This document shows positions 45,898 through 55,428 of a stretch of 64,000 bases of DNA, piece after piece. How positions within the stretch are numbered: the stretch's first letter is position 1; every line of letters begins with the position of its first letter. The DNA comes from Actinomycetes bacterium (GTDB lineage: Bacteria > Actinomycetota > JAICYB01), in the NCBI GenBank assembly GCA_025934435.1, contig JAICYB010000010.1:404-64403 (forward strand), read 5' to 3'. The translations under genes and the position numbers were made by a program. The notes under the pieces were generated by a model. It made no database searches, was not told where the DNA came from, and saw nothing but the letters and a program-made list of their open reading frames with translations.

Positions 45898-46931
45898 CAG
45901 TGGCAGACATGCGCCGCGGCAAAGCGCGGATCGGTGAGTACCTTGATCGCTTCGGGCAGCGTGTTCACTGCGTAGACGGGAAGATCGCCGCGGACGGAGC
46001 ACGCTTCATGGCTCTCGTCCATCGGCACGATGAAGAGCTTTGCGTGCGCGCGCTTCGCGCCGGCGACCTTCTCACGAACGCCGCCGACGGGCATCACCTG
46101 TCCGCCCACCGTGATCTCTCCAGTCCCCGCGATGATCCGCCCCCGGGCTATGTCGGACGTACTGAGAAGGTCGATGATCCCGATCGCAAACATCATCCCT
46201 GCTGAGGGGCCCCCGATGCCGAGCGAGTCGATCCGCACGGCGAGCGGCAGGTGGACGTCGGGAAGGTCACTGAGGACGACGCCCACGATCGGCTGGGACG
46301 GGGCGTCGGGCCGCGCGACGGTCTTCGTGCGCACGACGACGGTCTGCGTCCCACGGACGATCTTGATGGACACGTCGTCACCGACCTTGTGGCGCGCGAT
46401 CGCGCGCCGGAAGTCGTCCGACGTTCGGATCGTCGTTCCGTCGACGCCGACGATCGTGTCGCCGAGCTCGAGGACCGATGCGGCCGGAGCGTCCGATGCG
46501 ACGTCCTGCACGCTTGCGCCGGCGGGATCGGTGCGGACCGGGTACCCGAGATAACGGAGCGCGGCCGCGGCGGCGAAGATCTGCGACTGCGACATCTCCT
46601 GCGTGTTCTGCACCTGGACGGCGCCCGAGGTCTGCCCCGGCGGGACGATCGTCGCGCGCGATACGACCTGGTAGTCGGGGCGGAAGAAACCGACGATGGC
46701 TTGGACGATCCGGATCTCTTCGACGGAAACCGTCGTCAGCAGGAGCTGACCCGTCGGACGGCTCGTCTTCGCCCCCTGGATCTGTATGAGCTTCAAGACG
46801 TTGACCGTCGGCCCCGGCGTCAGAACGAAGTACGGGATGTTGAGCCCGAGGACGCCGAGGATGACGATCATCGCGGCGACGATCGCCGGAGCTCCGCTCG
46901 GTCGCGACCGCGCGCTCGGTAGGCTTGCCAC
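45897..46931 (-). CDS. YlbL-like PDZ + Lon-type (S16) protease domain protein
   Basis: PYFVLTPGP, PDZ (GDTIVGVDG), GGPSAG catalytic Ser, GGVREK catalytic Lys; GTG after GGGAGGT. Confidence 0.9.
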   Translation of the reverse strand: MASLPSARSRPSGAPAIVAAMIVILGVLGLNIPYFVLTPGPTVNVLKLIQIQGAKTSRPTGQLLLTTVSVEEIRIVQAIVGFFRPDYQVVSRATIVPPGQTSGAVQVQNTQEMSQSQIFAAAAALRYLGYPVRTDPAGASVQDVASDAPAASVLELGDTIVGVDGTTIRTSDDFRRAIARHKVGDDVSIKIVRGTQTVVVRTKTVARPDAPSQPIVGVVLSDLPDVHLPLAVRIDSLGIGGPSAGMMFAIGIIDLLSTSDIARGRIIAGTGEITVGGQVMPVGGVREKVAGAKRAHAKLFIVPMDESHEACSVRGDLPVYAVNTLPEAIKVLTDPRFAAAHVCH

Positions 46932-46955
46932 GTGTCTGATTACCTCCCGCCTAGC

Positions 46956-47321
46956 ATGCCCGAAGAGCCACCGCGGGAGCCGCTTCACGAGGCACCGCCC
47001 GAACCGGCGCCGCAATACGTCCCGCCACCGCCGCCTCCACCGTCACCGGTCTACGAACCGGCGCCCCCGCCGGCCGCCTACGAACCGGCGCCCATCTATG
47101 AGCCCGCCCCGCCGCCGCCGCCCGAGCCCGAGCCCGAGCCCACGTACGAACCGCCGTCACCACCGGAGCCGGTGACCTACGCGAGCGAGCCGGAGCCCGT
47201 TCGCGCACGCCAAACGGCCGTCGGAAGACTCGTGTCGCTCATCATCTCCATCGGACTCGCGATCGCCATCGCGATCGCCCTCGTCGCCTTCCTGTTCGGT
47301 GTCGTCGTCGGCAAGGGTTAG
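46956..47321 (+). CDS. Proline/glutamate-rich protein with C-terminal TM helix
   Basis: YEPAP repeats followed by a hydrophobic C-terminus; fills the gap between flanking genes. Confidence 0.6.
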   Translation: MPEEPPREPLHEAPPEPAPQYVPPPPPPPSPVYEPAPPPAAYEPAPIYEPAPPPPPEPEPEPTYEPPSPPEPVTYASEPEPVRARQTAVGRLVSLIISIGLAIAIAIALVAFLFGVVVGKG

Positions 47322-48610
47322 CCGCGCAAACGTCGGCGCAGCGCGAGCGAAGCGACGCCGGCACCACAAGCTGCGATACCGACGACGACGAACCCGATGG
47401 TCCATGCGGCACCACGAGGTCTCTGCGGCGCAGGCGAGAACAGCGCGAGCGCCGGTGAAGATCGCGGCACGGCCGCGACGGTGCCTTGCGACGAAGATCC
47501 CGTCGCCTTCGCACCACCCGAAGATGCAGGTGCCGGTGCGGACGTACCCTCCGGCGGCGCCTGGTTCGATGACGAAGAAGGCGCAGGAGCGGACGAACCA
47601 CCGCTGCGCGCCGGCGCAGGCGTCGTCGATGACGAAACGTGCGTCTGTTTGAGGCCGGCGACGGCTGCTTCGACGTTCAGGAGTCCGTGCCCGAACGTGA
47701 AGCTGCTGCCGATGTTCGTGGCCGTACCGAGGACGCGATCGACGGCTCGCTGCGGCGACAGACCGAGTCCGCGCAGGATCGCGAGCGCACCCGACACATG
47801 CGGTGCCGCCATCGACGTGCCGGCGGCGTACGCGTACCGCTTGCCGTCCTTCGACCACCAGGTCGACAAGATCTCCTGCGACGCCTGTCCCTGATCGTCT
47901 TCGCCACCGGGCGCGGCGATCCCCCACGCAGCGAAGCCGACGCTCGTCGCGTACGACGCCTGTGAGTTGTCCGGACCCGTCGCGGTCACGATGACCGCTT
48001 TCGCGTTCTGCCACTCCGTCCGGAAGAGGCCGTCGTTGCCGGCGGCGACGACGCAGATCGAACCCTTGCTCCAGGCGTAGTCGCAGGCGCTTGCGCGCGC
48101 GTCGCCCGTGACGTCCTCGACGGCGACGCCGTCGCTCAATGAGAGGTTGATGACGTCGGCGTGGTGGTCGGCCGCGTAGCGGATCCCTTCGTCGATCACG
48201 GAGTCGGAGCCGCTGCCGGACGCATCGAGCACGCGCACGGGCATGATCCTCGCTCCCGGCGCGACACCGGCAACGCCGATGCCGTTGTTCGCGACGGCCG
48301 CCGCGATGCCCGAGACGTGCGTGCCGTGTCCGAACTGGTCGCTCGGGTCGGAGTCGTTATCGACGAAGTCGTGGCCCGGGACGATGTTGGCCCTGAGATC
48401 GGGGTGCGTCATATCGACGCCGGTGTCGACGACCGCGATCGTCGCGCCTTTGCCCGTGCCCGTCGACCACGCCTTGTCCGCTTTGACGGCTCGGATGCCC
48501 CAGAGCTGGCTCCAATAGGTGTCGGTCGTCGCTCCGGCTGCCGGTACGCCGGCGAACAGGCCGACGAGGCCACAACAGAACGCAGCCAGGAAGATCTTGC
48601 GCACCGGCAT
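47318..48610 (-). CDS. Membrane-anchored S8 subtilisin-like serine protease
   Basis: Signal peptide; VVDTG, GHGTHV, AAGND, GTSMAAP; Ser/Pro linker, TM, RRR. Confidence 0.93.
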   Translation of the reverse strand: MPVRKIFLAAFCCGLVGLFAGVPAAGATTDTYWSQLWGIRAVKADKAWSTGTGKGATIAVVDTGVDMTHPDLRANIVPGHDFVDNDSDPSDQFGHGTHVSGIAAAVANNGIGVAGVAPGARIMPVRVLDASGSGSDSVIDEGIRYAADHHADVINLSLSDGVAVEDVTGDARASACDYAWSKGSICVVAAGNDGLFRTEWQNAKAVIVTATGPDNSQASYATSVGFAAWGIAAPGGEDDQGQASQEILSTWWSKDGKRYAYAAGTSMAAPHVSGALAILRGLGLSPQRAVDRVLGTATNIGSSFTFGHGLLNVEAAVAGLKQTHVSSSTTPAPARSGGSSAPAPSSSSNQAPPEGTSAPAPASSGGAKATGSSSQGTVAAVPRSSPALALFSPAPQRPRGAAWTIGFVVVGIAACGAGVASLALRRRLRG

Positions 48611-48674
48611 CTGTTTGCAAGAACGTTATCCACGCCCGTCCGGTTCGGGGGCGGTGAATCGCTAGAATCGGCTG

Positions 48675-49676
48675 GTGATCGCCAAGAGAGCGCTCGGTTC
48701 GTCCGGCGTGGAGGTATCCGAGGTCGGTTTCGGCGCCTGGACCCTAGGTCTCGACTGGTGGGGCAAGGTCGACGCCGCGCAGTCGCGCCGCCTCGTGGAC
48801 CACGCGATCGACACCGGCATCACCTTCTTCGACACCGCCGACACCTACGGGGCGGGGATGGGCGAGGAGCGCCTCGGCGAAGCCCTGGCCGGACGCCGCG
48901 ACGAAGTCACCATCGGGACGAAGTTCGGCTACGACATCACCATCCCGCACGACCAGAGCAACCACTCCGAGCGTCCGCAGCGCTGGGATCCCGCATTCAT
49001 CCGCGAGCGTTGCGAGGCATCACTCGAGCGTTTGCGCACCGACGTGATCGACCTCTACGAGCTGCACAACCCGCGGATGGGCCAAATCACCGACGACGCG
49101 ATCTTCGAGACGTGCGAAGCTTTGAAGTCCGAGGGCAAGATCCGTTCCTACGGCGTCGCGCTCGGCCCGGCGATCGGCTGGGAGGCGGAAGGCGTGCTCG
49201 CGCTCCGGGAACGCAAGGGCGATGTCGTTCAGACGGTGTTCAACGTGCTCGAGCAGGAACCCGGCAACACGTTCCTCGCGAACGCGGAGGGAAAGTCGAT
49301 CATCGCGCGCGTCCCGCACGCTTCGGACGCCCTGATGGGCACCTACACCGTCGACACCGTGTTCCCGGCGACCGATCACCGATCGTTCCGCAAGCGCGAG
49401 TGGCTGCTGCGCGCGCTGCGCAAGGTCGACCAGCTCGATTTCCTGCTCGACGGACGAACCATCGCCCAGGTCGCGATCGCGTGGCTCCTCGCGAATCCCG
49501 GCGTCTCGACCGTCCTGCCGACGGCGACGACCGAGGAGCAGATCACGGAGTTCGCGGGGGCCGCGTCCAAGCCTCTGACGCGAAACGAGTTCGAACGGGT
49601 ACAACAGCTGTACGCACAAGACTTCGGTCTGCCGCCGGCATCAGAGGACGAGCTGATCGAACTACGAACCTCATAA
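48675..49676 (+). CDS. Aldo/keto reductase
   Basis: FFDTADTYG, GTKFG, SLERLRTDVIDLYELHNP; TAGAAT-6nt-GTG. Confidence 0.93.
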   Translation: MIAKRALGSSGVEVSEVGFGAWTLGLDWWGKVDAAQSRRLVDHAIDTGITFFDTADTYGAGMGEERLGEALAGRRDEVTIGTKFGYDITIPHDQSNHSERPQRWDPAFIRERCEASLERLRTDVIDLYELHNPRMGQITDDAIFETCEALKSEGKIRSYGVALGPAIGWEAEGVLALRERKGDVVQTVFNVLEQEPGNTFLANAEGKSIIARVPHASDALMGTYTVDTVFPATDHRSFRKREWLLRALRKVDQLDFLLDGRTIAQVAIAWLLANPGVSTVLPTATTEEQITEFAGAASKPLTRNEFERVQQLYAQDFGLPPASEDELIELRTS

Positions 49677-49695
49677 GAGCGGAGGAGGAACCGCA

Positions 49696-51192
49696 TTGGA
49701 GCTCCGACTAGGCGATGTGATGACCCCCGAACCGCTCACCGCCCCTCCGGGCACGTCGCTCGCCGAGGCGGCCGCGCTCATGCGCGAGCGCAGCGTCGGA
49801 TCGCTCGTGATCGCCGACGGCAGCAAGGTCGAAGGGATCATCACCGAACGCGACTGCGTCCGGTCGACGGCCGACGGCGCGCACCCGACGGAGACGAAGG
49901 TCGACCAGTGGATGACGGCCTCACCGGTCACGATGGGCTCCGACACCGGTATCACCGTCGCGCTCGATCAGATGATGGAGCGCCACTTCCGGCATATCCC
50001 CGTCTGCGATGACGGCAAGCTCGTCGGCATCGTCTCCTTCCGTCAGCTCGTCGAGGCGGCGAAGATCCGCCACGTCGATCCGTGGGCGCCGGGCACGGGG
50101 CGTGGGCTCGAGAACATCACCGTCGCCGAAACGCAGCTCTCGTACATCGACGGACAGCAGGGGCGCCTCATCTTCCGCGGGTACAACGCGGTCGACCTCG
50201 CACTGAAGAAGCACTTCATCGACGTGTGGCATCTGCTCCACTACGGCGATTTCCCGAAGGACGATTCCTTCGCGAAGAAGATCGCGTCGATGCGCCAGTC
50301 GCCGCTCGATCCGCAGACCCTCAAGGATCTCGCGCAGTCGCACGGCACGTTCATGGCCACGCTGCAGGCCGCGATCGCCGCGTGCACGGCGTCTTGGGGA
50401 CTCGAGTCGTGGCTCGAGCGAGACGTAGCCGACGTCGAAGAGGAAGCGCTGCGCCTCGGAGCCGTGATGCCGACGCTCGTGACGTCGCTCTGGCGCCTCG
50501 GCCAAGGACAAGAACCGATCGAACCCGATCCGTCACTCGACGAAGCGACGAACTACCTCTGGATGATGCACGGCGAGAAGCCGACCGACGATCAAGTTCT
50601 CGCGGCCGATCGTTACCTCACGCTGCTTTCCGAGCACGGCATGAACGCATCGACGTTCACCGGACGCGTCATCGCGTCGACCGGCGCCGACGTCGGGTCC
50701 GCGGTCGCCGGCGCGGCCGGTGCCCTGTCGGGTCCGTTGCACGGCGGCGCACCGTCACTCGTACTGAACATGCTCGACGAGATCGGGACACCCGATCGCG
50801 CCGAAGCATGGGTCAAGGACGCCGTCAAGACCGGCAAGCGCATCATGGGCTTCGGTCACCGGGTGTACAAAGCCGAAGACCCGCGCGCCGCGTGCTTCCG
50901 CGACACGTCCGTCGAACTGCGAAGCGAACGCGTCTCTCTTGCGAAGGTCGTCGAGGCAGTCGTTCTCGAAGAGCTCCGGGCGTCGAAGCCGGGACGCGCC
51001 CTGTACACGAACGTCGAGTTCTGGTCGGCGGTCGTGCTCGAACATGCCGGCATCCCGCGGGAGCTCTGCACCCCGACGTTCGCCGTTTCCCGCACCATCG
51101 GGTGGACGGCGCACATCCTCGAGCAGGTGCGCGACAACCGGTTGATCCGTCCATCGGCGGATTACACAGGTCCGGCAGAGAAGAAGCTCTAA
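49696..51192 (+). CDS. CBS-pair / citrate synthase (CitA-type) fusion
   Basis: N-terminal CBS pair (GIITERD, FRHIPV); GLENITVAET, EHGMNASTF, GPLHGGA, MGFGHRVYK, NVEFW; GGAGGAGG + TTG. Confidence 0.9.
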   Translation: MELRLGDVMTPEPLTAPPGTSLAEAAALMRERSVGSLVIADGSKVEGIITERDCVRSTADGAHPTETKVDQWMTASPVTMGSDTGITVALDQMMERHFRHIPVCDDGKLVGIVSFRQLVEAAKIRHVDPWAPGTGRGLENITVAETQLSYIDGQQGRLIFRGYNAVDLALKKHFIDVWHLLHYGDFPKDDSFAKKIASMRQSPLDPQTLKDLAQSHGTFMATLQAAIAACTASWGLESWLERDVADVEEEALRLGAVMPTLVTSLWRLGQGQEPIEPDPSLDEATNYLWMMHGEKPTDDQVLAADRYLTLLSEHGMNASTFTGRVIASTGADVGSAVAGAAGALSGPLHGGAPSLVLNMLDEIGTPDRAEAWVKDAVKTGKRIMGFGHRVYKAEDPRAACFRDTSVELRSERVSLAKVVEAVVLEELRASKPGRALYTNVEFWSAVVLEHAGIPRELCTPTFAVSRTIGWTAHILEQVRDNRLIRPSADYTGPAEKKL

Positions 51193-51470
51193 GCGCCGCG
51201 GCGCTTCTGCTGCTGCGGTCGCGTCTGACGAGCGACACGCGCGGCGCGTCGTCCCGACGGATGCATCGCGCGTGCGCGCGCGCGCATCGAGTCACGCAGC
51301 GTGACCTGCTGCGTGTGGATCTTGTTGAGCGAGTGACGCGCTTTGGCGAATCGTTCGAGTGAAGATCTCGGCGAACGACCGGAACGCTCCCACGTGACGT
51401 AGAAGAGGGCAGCGACTCCGAACAACGCGATCCCGCCCAGCAGAAACAACAACCCTGCAAAGGAACTCAC
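51189..51470 (-). CDS. Small membrane protein with basic C-terminus
   Basis: TAGCCT-7nt-GTG; N-terminal TM helix; Arg-rich tail. Confidence 0.55.
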   Translation of the reverse strand: MSSFAGLLFLLGGIALFGVAALFYVTWERSGRSPRSSLERFAKARHSLNKIHTQQVTLRDSMRARARAMHPSGRRAARVARQTRPQQQKRRGA

Positions 51471-51535
51471 CCTGACGAGGCTACCCACGATCCGCGAGCC
51501 GCTCAATCTCGCACGTCAGCGGTAGTATCACCCAC

Positions 51536-52564
51536 ATGAGTGAAACCCCCTCCGGTATCGATCGTCAGCTGCTGAACGCCGTCCAGAAGGAAGTTCCCCT
51601 GGTTCCACAGCCATTCGCGCAGATCGCGCAGGAAGTCGGCCTTTCCGAAGACGAGGTCATCAACCGGCTCCGTCATTGGCGAGACGACGAGGGCGTGATC
51701 CGTCAGATCTCAGCGATCTTCGACACCCGCAAACTCGGGTACACGTCCACACTCGTCGCGATGAAGATCCCGAACGAGAAGATCAACGAAGCGGCGAAGA
51801 TCGTGAACGACCATCCCGGCGTCTCGCACAACTACGAACGCGACCACGAATTCAATCTCTGGTTCACGCTCGCCGTTCCGCCCGGGATGGATCTCGAAGA
51901 GCACATCAACCGCTTGCACGACATGGTCGGGGCGACATCCACACGGATCCTTCCCACGCTCAAGATGTTCAAGATCGAAGTGCGTCTCGATATGGAAACC
52001 GGCGTGTCGAACGCCGACTCACCGCCGCCGCCGAAGGTCGAGATCCCGCCGCTGACCGATGACGACATCCGCGCGATCCGAGGGTTGCAGGTGGACATGC
52101 CGCTGGTGTCCCGTCCGTTCGCCGCGGAAGCGGAAACCGTCGGCATGACGGAGGACGAGATCCTCTCGTACGCACACAAGTTCGTCGGCGACGGTCGCAT
52201 GCGTCGCTCCGCGGCGATCCTTCGGCACCGTCGCGCGGGCTTCCTCGCGAACGGCATGGGCGTTTGGAAGATGGCCGAGGACGAGGCGCACACGCTCGGT
52301 TACAAGATCGCGTCGTTCCCGCAAGTGACGCACTGCTACGAGCGTCCCGTCTATGAAGACTGGCCCTATCGCGTGTTCTCGATGGTGCACGCGCGCACCG
52401 AAGACAAAGTGCGCGACGTGATCAAAGACATCGCGTCGGAGACCGGCCTGAACGAATACGACATCTTGTTCTCGACGCGAGAGTTCAAGAAGACGCGGGT
52501 CCCGTACTTCACCGGCGAGTACGAAGCCTGGGAAGAAGCGAACCTCAACCGCGCGCCCGTCTAA
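51536..52564 (+). CDS. ahbAB: Fused siroheme decarboxylase AhbA/AhbB (NirDL/NirGH-like)
   Basis: Two Lrp-like halves with GVSHNYER and VTHCYER, FNLWFT, EFKKT; TAGTAT-7nt-ATG. Confidence 0.87.
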   Translation: MSETPSGIDRQLLNAVQKEVPLVPQPFAQIAQEVGLSEDEVINRLRHWRDDEGVIRQISAIFDTRKLGYTSTLVAMKIPNEKINEAAKIVNDHPGVSHNYERDHEFNLWFTLAVPPGMDLEEHINRLHDMVGATSTRILPTLKMFKIEVRLDMETGVSNADSPPPPKVEIPPLTDDDIRAIRGLQVDMPLVSRPFAAEAETVGMTEDEILSYAHKFVGDGRMRRSAAILRHRRAGFLANGMGVWKMAEDEAHTLGYKIASFPQVTHCYERPVYEDWPYRVFSMVHARTEDKVRDVIKDIASETGLNEYDILFSTREFKKTRVPYFTGEYEAWEEANLNRAPV

Positions 52565-53573
52565 CGCGACGCCGTCCCATCGCCGAAACGACGGCGAGGA
52601 GACCGACCGCACCGACGACGATCGCGTTCCTCCGGTTCACGGAGAACCGTCCGACGGTCATGAATCGATGCCGCGCGGCGGCCGCCGCTTCGAGGGCCGC
52701 CCGGGACGAGTGACGCGCCGAGAAGCCGGCGTCCTTCAACGCTTCGTTGCTCATGACCTGCGGATACATGAGGACGGCGATCTGCGAGGAGGGCGGCGAC
52801 AGTCCCATCGGTGCCGTCCGGTCGAGGACGCGGCCGGCGCGATCGAGCGGCAGGACGACCCGCCGCTGGCCGAAGATCTCGTCCGGCGAGGCGACCGTAT
52901 CGTCGGCGGCGACGTTGAACGTGCCCGGGACGTCACGTTCGAGGACGAAGGCCAGTGCCGCGGCGGCATCGTCCTCATGGATGGTTTGCGTCGGCACGTC
53001 GTAACCCGCGATGACGAAACGAACTTTCACGTCGACCGAGCGCGCGTGTGACGTCGGCAGGTTCGGACCCGAGACCCACGCGATGCGCAAGGTCGTTACG
53101 ACGGCGTCCGGATGCTGCGATGAGAAGTACGCGACGATCTGCTCGGCTTCGGCTTTGCTGAGCGCGTACACGTTCTCGGCGTTCGGACGCACCGGCGACG
53201 ACTCGGTGAGCGGGAAGTCGTTGTCGGCGTGCGAACCGTAGACGCTGTGGGACGAGGCGAAGATGAGCTTTTGGACACCGGCTCGTCCTGCGGCTTCGGT
53301 GACGTTCCGCGTACCGGCGACGTTGACGTCCGGGATCTCGCTTTCGTCGCCGGCCACCGCCGCGAGGTGGATCAGGGCATCGCAGCCGCGGATCGCCTCG
53401 ACGAGGTCGGGAGAGCGGACGTCCATCGAATAGAACTCGAGGTTCCGCGCCGTGTGCGCGGGCTCGGCGACGTCGATCCCGACGATGCGAGTGATGGACG
53501 GATCCGCGTCGAGCAGACGAACGAGGGCCGATCCGAGGTAGCCGGAGATCCCGGTGACCGCAACACTTCGCAT
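52545..53573 (-). CDS. NAD-dependent epimerase/dehydratase (extended SDR) with C-terminal TM
   Basis: VTGISGYLG, NVAGT, SSHSVYG, YALSK. Confidence 0.9.
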   Translation of the reverse strand: MRSVAVTGISGYLGSALVRLLDADPSITRIVGIDVAEPAHTARNLEFYSMDVRSPDLVEAIRGCDALIHLAAVAGDESEIPDVNVAGTRNVTEAAGRAGVQKLIFASSHSVYGSHADNDFPLTESSPVRPNAENVYALSKAEAEQIVAYFSSQHPDAVVTTLRIAWVSGPNLPTSHARSVDVKVRFVIAGYDVPTQTIHEDDAAAALAFVLERDVPGTFNVAADDTVASPDEIFGQRRVVLPLDRAGRVLDRTAPMGLSPPSSQIAVLMYPQVMSNEALKDAGFSARHSSRAALEAAAAARHRFMTVGRFSVNRRNAIVVGAVGLLAVVSAMGRRRVRRARG

Positions 53574-53617
53574 GATCGGCGCGCCTTCCGTCGAGAAGGT
53601 GAAACTACACTAGCTTC

Positions 53618-54808
53618 GTGAGTGACCCATTCGAGGGGCCGGCGTCGCCGGATCCTGCCGACTTCGGCGAAAACATCGCGATCCCGAAACCGTCCGACGG
53701 ATGGTGGGAACAGGTTCCGGTGCTGCGCGAGCTGTACAAGCTCCTGTCGTCGACGGAGCCGGTGAACTGGGAGCTCGCACGGCAGGTCGGCGTCGCGCTC
53801 GCTTCGGAGGATGAGGTCGCCGTCGACACGCAAGCCGCGCAAGCCGAGCTCGAAGCCGTCACGCGGGCCGCGACCGTCGAAGCCGAAGAGTTCTCGGGAC
53901 TCAGTGAATCGTCCATCGCCCCCGTGAGCGCGGTATCGCGAGCGGAGTGGGTCACGGCGAACATCGAAGCCTTCAAGATCTTGATGAATCCGCTCGCCCA
54001 GAAGATGGCCGGCGCCAATGAGCTCGCGATGGTTCCGGGGGCGACGCAAGTGCTGCAGCAGGTGTCCGGTGTGTTCATGGGACTGCAGACCGGCTTCGTG
54101 ATGGGCTATCTCGGTCGCGCCGTCGTCGGTCAGTACGAAGTCCCGATCCCCGTCGCCGAACCGAAGCTGCTGTACGTCGTGTCGAACCTCGAGCAGATCG
54201 AGAAGGACTGGTCGCTCGATCCGAAGCAGTTCCGGTACTGGATCGCGCTCCACGAGATCACGCACCACTTGGAGTTCAGCCGTCCGTGGGTGCAGAACTA
54301 CTTCCGCTCGCAGATCCGAACGATGATCGATTCGCTCGACTTCGATCCCGCGCGCATGCAGTCGGCCTTCGAAGGACTCGGCATGCTCGATCCCGACCGC
54401 ATGGCCGAAGCACTCGGCGATCCGGACCGGCTGATACAAGCTGCCTGGACGCCGCTCTCGGAAGACGCCGTCGAACGACTGCAAGCGTTCATGACGCTGG
54501 CCGAGGGTTACGCGACCTTCGTGATGGACGCCGTCGGCGCACGCGTCCTCACCGATCACGCGCGGCTCAAGGAAGTCATGGAACGGCGGAAACGTTCGAC
54601 CTCGCCGGGCGAAGCGCTCTTCGAGCGGCTGCTCGGTCTCGAGCTCAAGCGACGCCAGTACGAAGAGGGCGTGAAATTCTGCCGCTACGTCGCGGCGATG
54701 CACGACGTCGACACGTTGAACAAGGTCTGGGACAACCCCGACTCGCTCCCGACGACGAAGGAGCTCGCCGAGCCGGATCTCTGGCTCGCTAGGGTGTTGC
54801 AGTCATGA
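53618..54808 (+). CDS. Zinc-dependent metalloprotease-like (zincin, DUF2342-type) protein
   Basis: VNWELARQ, GQYE, ALHEITH, LAEGYA, LLGLELK; TACACT-6nt-GTG. Confidence 0.85.
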   Translation: MSDPFEGPASPDPADFGENIAIPKPSDGWWEQVPVLRELYKLLSSTEPVNWELARQVGVALASEDEVAVDTQAAQAELEAVTRAATVEAEEFSGLSESSIAPVSAVSRAEWVTANIEAFKILMNPLAQKMAGANELAMVPGATQVLQQVSGVFMGLQTGFVMGYLGRAVVGQYEVPIPVAEPKLLYVVSNLEQIEKDWSLDPKQFRYWIALHEITHHLEFSRPWVQNYFRSQIRTMIDSLDFDPARMQSAFEGLGMLDPDRMAEALGDPDRLIQAAWTPLSEDAVERLQAFMTLAEGYATFVMDAVGARVLTDHARLKEVMERRKRSTSPGEALFERLLGLELKRRQYEEGVKFCRYVAAMHDVDTLNKVWDNPDSLPTTKELAEPDLWLARVLQS

Positions 54809-55428
54809 GCGAGCGCCCCAAGCAGCACGTCGTCGATGTCGGCAGCTCGTGTGAGTACACCGATCTCGCGGACGGCGGCGTCTCCGTGAAGTTCCCGCTC
54901 TTCGGTCTCGAGGCCGTCGGAACCGACAAGGACGACGCCTTCCACAGCCTCCTCGGGATGCTCCAGGAGCACCTCGAGCTCAGTGAGCCGGCGCGCGAGA
55001 AATGGCAAGAGTGGGTGCCGGATCACATCGTCGAGCGAGAGATGAGCGACGAGGACATCGCGCAGCACGAAGAGATGGAGAAGCTCGTCGAGGAAGGCCA
55101 CAAGGTCGGCAAGACGTTCCGCGCGCTCGAGGCGTCGGAGTTCGCCGGCTTCATCGCTTCGTCGGTCCCGGTGATCGTGGACTTCTGGGCCGAGTGGTGC
55201 AAGCCGTGCCACATGCTCGCGCCGGTACTGAAGGAAGTGACCGACGACCTCCAGATCTCCGTCGGCAAGATCAACATCGACGAGAACCCGGAGATCTGGG
55301 AGGACATCCCGTCGGGCGGGATCCCGACCCTCGCCGTCTACAAGGACGGCCGGCGTCGCGGGATCGTGGTCGGCGCCGGACGAACCCCCGCCGAGCTCAA
55401 GGCCGAGCTCGAGCCGTTCCTTTCCTGA
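54805..55428 (+). CDS. Thioredoxin with about 100-aa N-terminal extension (HicB-like segment)
   Basis: VDFWAEWCKPC, GIPTL; ATGA overlap with upstream gene. Confidence 0.85.
   Translation: MSERPKQHVVDVGSSCEYTDLADGGVSVKFPLFGLEAVGTDKDDAFHSLLGMLQEHLELSEPAREKWQEWVPDHIVEREMSDEDIAQHEEMEKLVEEGHKVGKTFRALEASEFAGFIASSVPVIVDFWAEWCKPCHMLAPVLKEVTDDLQISVGKINIDENPEIWEDIPSGGIPTLAVYKDGRRRGIVVGAGRTPAELKAELEPFLS

Noticed and set aside
47318-48610. Mycosin of a type VII secretion system
   Set aside because: Architecture is similar, but there are no ecc or WXG100 genes in the window
51536-52564. Lrp/AsnC transcription factor
   Set aside because: Duplicated H-x-Y-x-R motifs indicate siroheme decarboxylase
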